From NCBI RefSeq assembly GCF_009914755.1, contig NC_060925.1: DNA of 64,000 bases. One strand, given 5' to 3'. The position numbers and the translations under genes were made by a program. Below, in pieces: positions 60,683 through 64,000 of this stretch (position 1 is its first letter; each line of letters begins with the position of its first letter). The notes under the pieces are model-generated. The model was not told where the DNA came from. It ran no database searches and worked only from the letters and a program-made list of their open reading frames with translations. This stretch comes from the human T2T-CHM13v2.0 reference genome, Homo sapiens.

Positions 60683-61559
60683 CCCAGTTCTGGGAGAGCA
60701 GCTGGCTTCTCCCCAGTCAGAGTAGGCGGTATTTTCCCTCCCTTCACCCCTGGTGGAAAAAGCAAATGTGATCTCCTCTCAAAGCCAGGAGCAGACAGGG
60801 CTGCAGGTTGGGGGTGATGGGAGAGGTCTCTGAGGTAATGAGCAGATACTGTTTCCTTATCACCATCGGCATGTTCTCAAGCTATTACTCCCGTCACCCT
60901 CCATTTGGACTTTTTCTGATAAACACCAATATCTGTGCAAATTCTTGAGGCTGACTGCCTCCCCAACCCAGGGGCTGCTCTGCTGGAACTCCAGATGTGT
61001 GATAAGGCAGGGAAATACATTTTCAGTCCACTAAGTCATCACATTTTCTGACAAGGATGCTCAGGCGCGTGTAGATCTCTGATGACTAATATTGCCTTCA
61101 CTCAGCAGAGGGCTTCAGAAACCATCCAAACCATCACCAGGCTGTCAGGTGTCAGCTCTTCCCCTGGCTTTGCATATTGAGAGGCCCTCTGAGGAGCTCG
61201 AAGTCCTGATACAGCAAGGCAGGGGGCTTCGTGTGGAGGAAGAGGGCTGGCCAGCGGTCAACAGTCCTTGCGCCCGGCCTGCTCTCTCTCCTTGGGTGCC
61301 CTTGGTTGCCCTATGAACCTCTCTGGGCCTCAACTTCCCCACCTGTCCAAGGGGGAGAGATGGATTCCATGATCTCTAGGGGACTTTCCAGGGCTGAAAG
61401 TCTGATTTTCTTACTTTTCCACCATTAGGAGCACAGGAGGGTAGAATCCCATGAAATGTAAGGGAAGGCTTAGAATTCTGGGGAAAATGTAAGAGTAGTA
61501 GCTGTATTCATAATAACAATAATAGTAACTACCCCTTCCCATAAGTTACTTCATCTCTT

Positions 61560-61679
61560 TAGAGCTCTAGAATTAGGCAGACCTGGATTCAAAGCCCTAT
61601 TGTGTCCCCCACTAGCTGTGTGATGTTGGGCAAGTTATCTAACCTCTATGAGCTTCAGTTTCCTCCCATGAAATAGGCA
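61560..61679 (+). mobile_element. MIR truncated by the duplicated segment
   Basis: ggcagacctggattcaaa...ctagctgtgtgatgttgggcaagttatctaacctct..gagcttcagtttcc. Confidence 0.8.
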
Positions 61680-61887
61680 GAAGCCCTGCGATTCGGGGAT
61701 CTGGCAACGTAGACAGTTGGTGTCTACGTAGCATAGGTGCTGGTATATGGGGTGACACCCAGCCTAGGGCATGGCACGAAGGAAGCACTCATGGGGCTTG
61801 GCACATAGTGGGAGCTTGCCCAGTGCAGGGCCTGGCTCTTGCGTGCTCAGGAAATGTTTGCTGAATGGAATTTCAGTGGAATGGAAG
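61680..61887 (+). repeat. Direct dispersed copy of 60479-60682
   Basis: gaagccctgc...ttcagtggaatggaag in both; about 85-90% identical by eye. Confidence 0.95.
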
Positions 61888-61924
61888 TTAAGTTAGAACA
61901 CTGGGAGCAGCAATACATGTTGCC

Positions 61925-62213
61925 TTTTTTTTTATTTTTTAGACAGAATCTTGCTCTGTTGCCCAGGCTGGAGCGCAGTGGCATGATTACAGCTCACTGC
62001 AGCCTTGGCTTCCCCAGGCTCAGGCGATCCTCCCACCTTAGCCTCCCAGGAAGCTGGGACTATAGGTGCACACCACCACACCAGCTAATTTTTTGTAGAG
62101 ACAGGGTTTCACCATGTTGCCCAGGCTGGCCTCCAATGCCTGGGCTCAAGCGATCCTCCTGCCTCAGGCTCCCAAAGTGCTGGGATTACAGGCGTGAGCC
62201 ATCGTGCCCAGCC
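61925..62213 (-). mobile_element. AluJ
   Basis: acagctcactgcagcc...ggctcaggcgatcctccc; TSD catgttgcctttt/catgttacctttt. Confidence 0.95.
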
Positions 62214-62619
62214 CATGTTACCTTTTAAAAAAATCAATGTTAATAATGATTCTTATAACACTTCTTATGAGGTCATGATTGCTCTCCTGATCTTACTGGT
62301 GAGTGAAATGAAGCATAGAGAGGTGAAGTAACTTGCCAGAAAGGGAGAGCTTGGGTTTGTCCATATTTGACCCAGTTTCATGCACTTAACCCCTGCACCC
62401 TGCACCACTGAAAGATGCACCCTCAGCTCACTCACTCTGCTCCCCTTGCTCAAGCCAGCCTCAGGCAGCCTGCATTGGTGCTTATGGAAAGGCAGATGAA
62501 TGGTAGAGAGCCAGTGAGTTGGGCAGGATGATGGAGAAGCAGCCAGCCTTGGAGGGGCTCCAGACTGCTAAGGGGGTGGGTGAGCTGGGACTGAGGCATG
62601 GAAGAAGTCATCTGGTCAC

Positions 62620-62900
62620 CACAATTTGTACTTTTCTTTTGAAAAACAGAAAGTTGAGAAGAAAATGGATTGCAGTCTGTTACAGATCCAGTGGCTGCAA
62701 ATCATTCTGAAAATTAGCTTTCTATGGGAAAATCTATATACTAATTAACTCCATGGCCTCTCTAACGAGTTTAAGCACAATAAGGCCTCTGAAAATATCG
62801 AGGCATTTTGCAGCTGCCTTAAATTCTACCTAGGGAGACAGGCTCACAGCTCATGAGGCTGTTTGAGAGGTTCCAGATGAAAGGGGAATCTTAAATGATT
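62620..62900. promoter_or_regulatory. Weak candidate conserved non-coding block
   Basis: Repeat-free AT-rich island with CTAATTAA, AAATTAG, ACAAT. Confidence 0.25.
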
Positions 62901-64000
62901 CATTTCCAAGGGCAGAAGGTGGGCAGCTATGACTTTGGTCGATTGCATAGGGAAGCGCAGAGAGCCCCAGCCTTATCAGGATGGATGGAGTCCTTGCTCA
63001 GGGGCCTTAGTTGACGTGGGAGTGTGGCCCAGTACTTCCCACTCCTCCAACCCTGAGTCCTCAGTGTGAAGACTGAGAAGCCATCACCAGGTCTAAGAGA
63101 CCTTTCCCAGGAAAGGCTTCTAGGGACTTGGCCATATAAACCAAGGTGGGAATCTCCCACCAATTTATGGCTGTCCTAGTGGGACAGTCCTGCCCAGGCC
63201 AGGGGAGGTGGCAGCACATGCTTGAGTGTGATGTGGGGAGACAGCTCAGCCAGCGGGATCCCTGGGGCATGTTCTCCACCTCACCCCGATGCTCCAGTGT
63301 GCCCTCCCTGGGAGGGCACCCTCAGATGTGGGCCTTTGCCCACCACTTCTGTTAGACTCCACACTGGGCAAGGAGTAGCCTGGCATAGTGCAGCATAGCA
63401 CACATATGTGCTCACCCCCATGAGTGTACACAGCCATATATATATGCGGCCACTCACCTGTATGCCCGCACCCATGTATATGTAAAGACACACACACATG
63501 AACACACACTCACACATATGTCTTCATTCACCCCTGTCCATAGCACCATTTCCAGAGGCTGGAAATACCACTCGCTGTCATTCCCCAGAAACAGACCATT
63601 AACCCACAGCCCCAGGTAATCTTAGGGGGAGACCTCAGTGTGTCATGCCTCTGCAGGGCAGGAGCCCAAGCCCCCCCTTTGCCTTCGTCCCCTCCAGAAA
63701 TGCACACGAGTGCCACTCACTGTCACCCTTCCTGAAGCAACAGCCTGGGCATGGTTCTGAACAGAAATTCCCACAGCGCTGCCTACGGCCCTGGTGTGCC
63801 TCTGGGTCTGGCGTGCTGCTGCCCACTGGCCTCAGCAGTAGATGCCTTGTTCAGAACAGGCCCTCAGGAAACATCTCATGGCCAACAAGCTCTCAAGAGT
63901 GACTTGTGGCTGACTAAGGAAGCAAGCGGGAGGGAGAGAAGGGAGGGGTTCACCCAGGCCTAGTGATCATGGGGGATGCCTGTGCCTCCTCCATTGTTCT

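Noticed and set aside
61379-61389. Canonical kB site GGGGACTTTCC
   Set aside because: Single short match inside a MIR-like tail; plausible by chance in 64 kb

Overview
Simian-primate (most likely human) non-coding DNA, either intergenic or deep intronic. The primate call rests on AluJ/S/Y, FLAM, THE1 and LTR8 copies. I see no credible protein-coding exon, tRNA/rRNA, CRISPR array or prokaryote-type system. The listed ORFs are short chance frames or read-throughs of Alu, L2, LTR and microsatellite sequence. Roughly half the window is decayed transposable elements: many MIR and L2, about 13 Alu/FLAM pieces, MaLR/ERVL/ERV1 LTRs, hAT and Tigger MITEs, and old L1 ends, often nested. Between them lie several repeat-free blocks rich in homeodomain/FOX/SOX motifs, three with clearly retained CpGs, that look like conserved developmental enhancers. 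The most unusual local structures are: (i) an unbroken 25-bp pre-miRNA-like hairpin formed by tail-to-tail MIRs at 4167-4230; (ii) a perfect 64-bp palindrome centred on (AT)19 at 52838-52901; (iii) an L2-tail-derived minisatellite, about 205 bp of which is duplicated 1.2 kb away with a template-switch-like hairpin in one copy; (iv) a fossil ERV-L 5' LTR-PBS-gag segment at 35843-37503. Repeat subfamily names come from recalled consensus sequences and boundaries of old repeats are approximate. I cannot identify the locus, and I cannot claim a new biological system from sequence alone.
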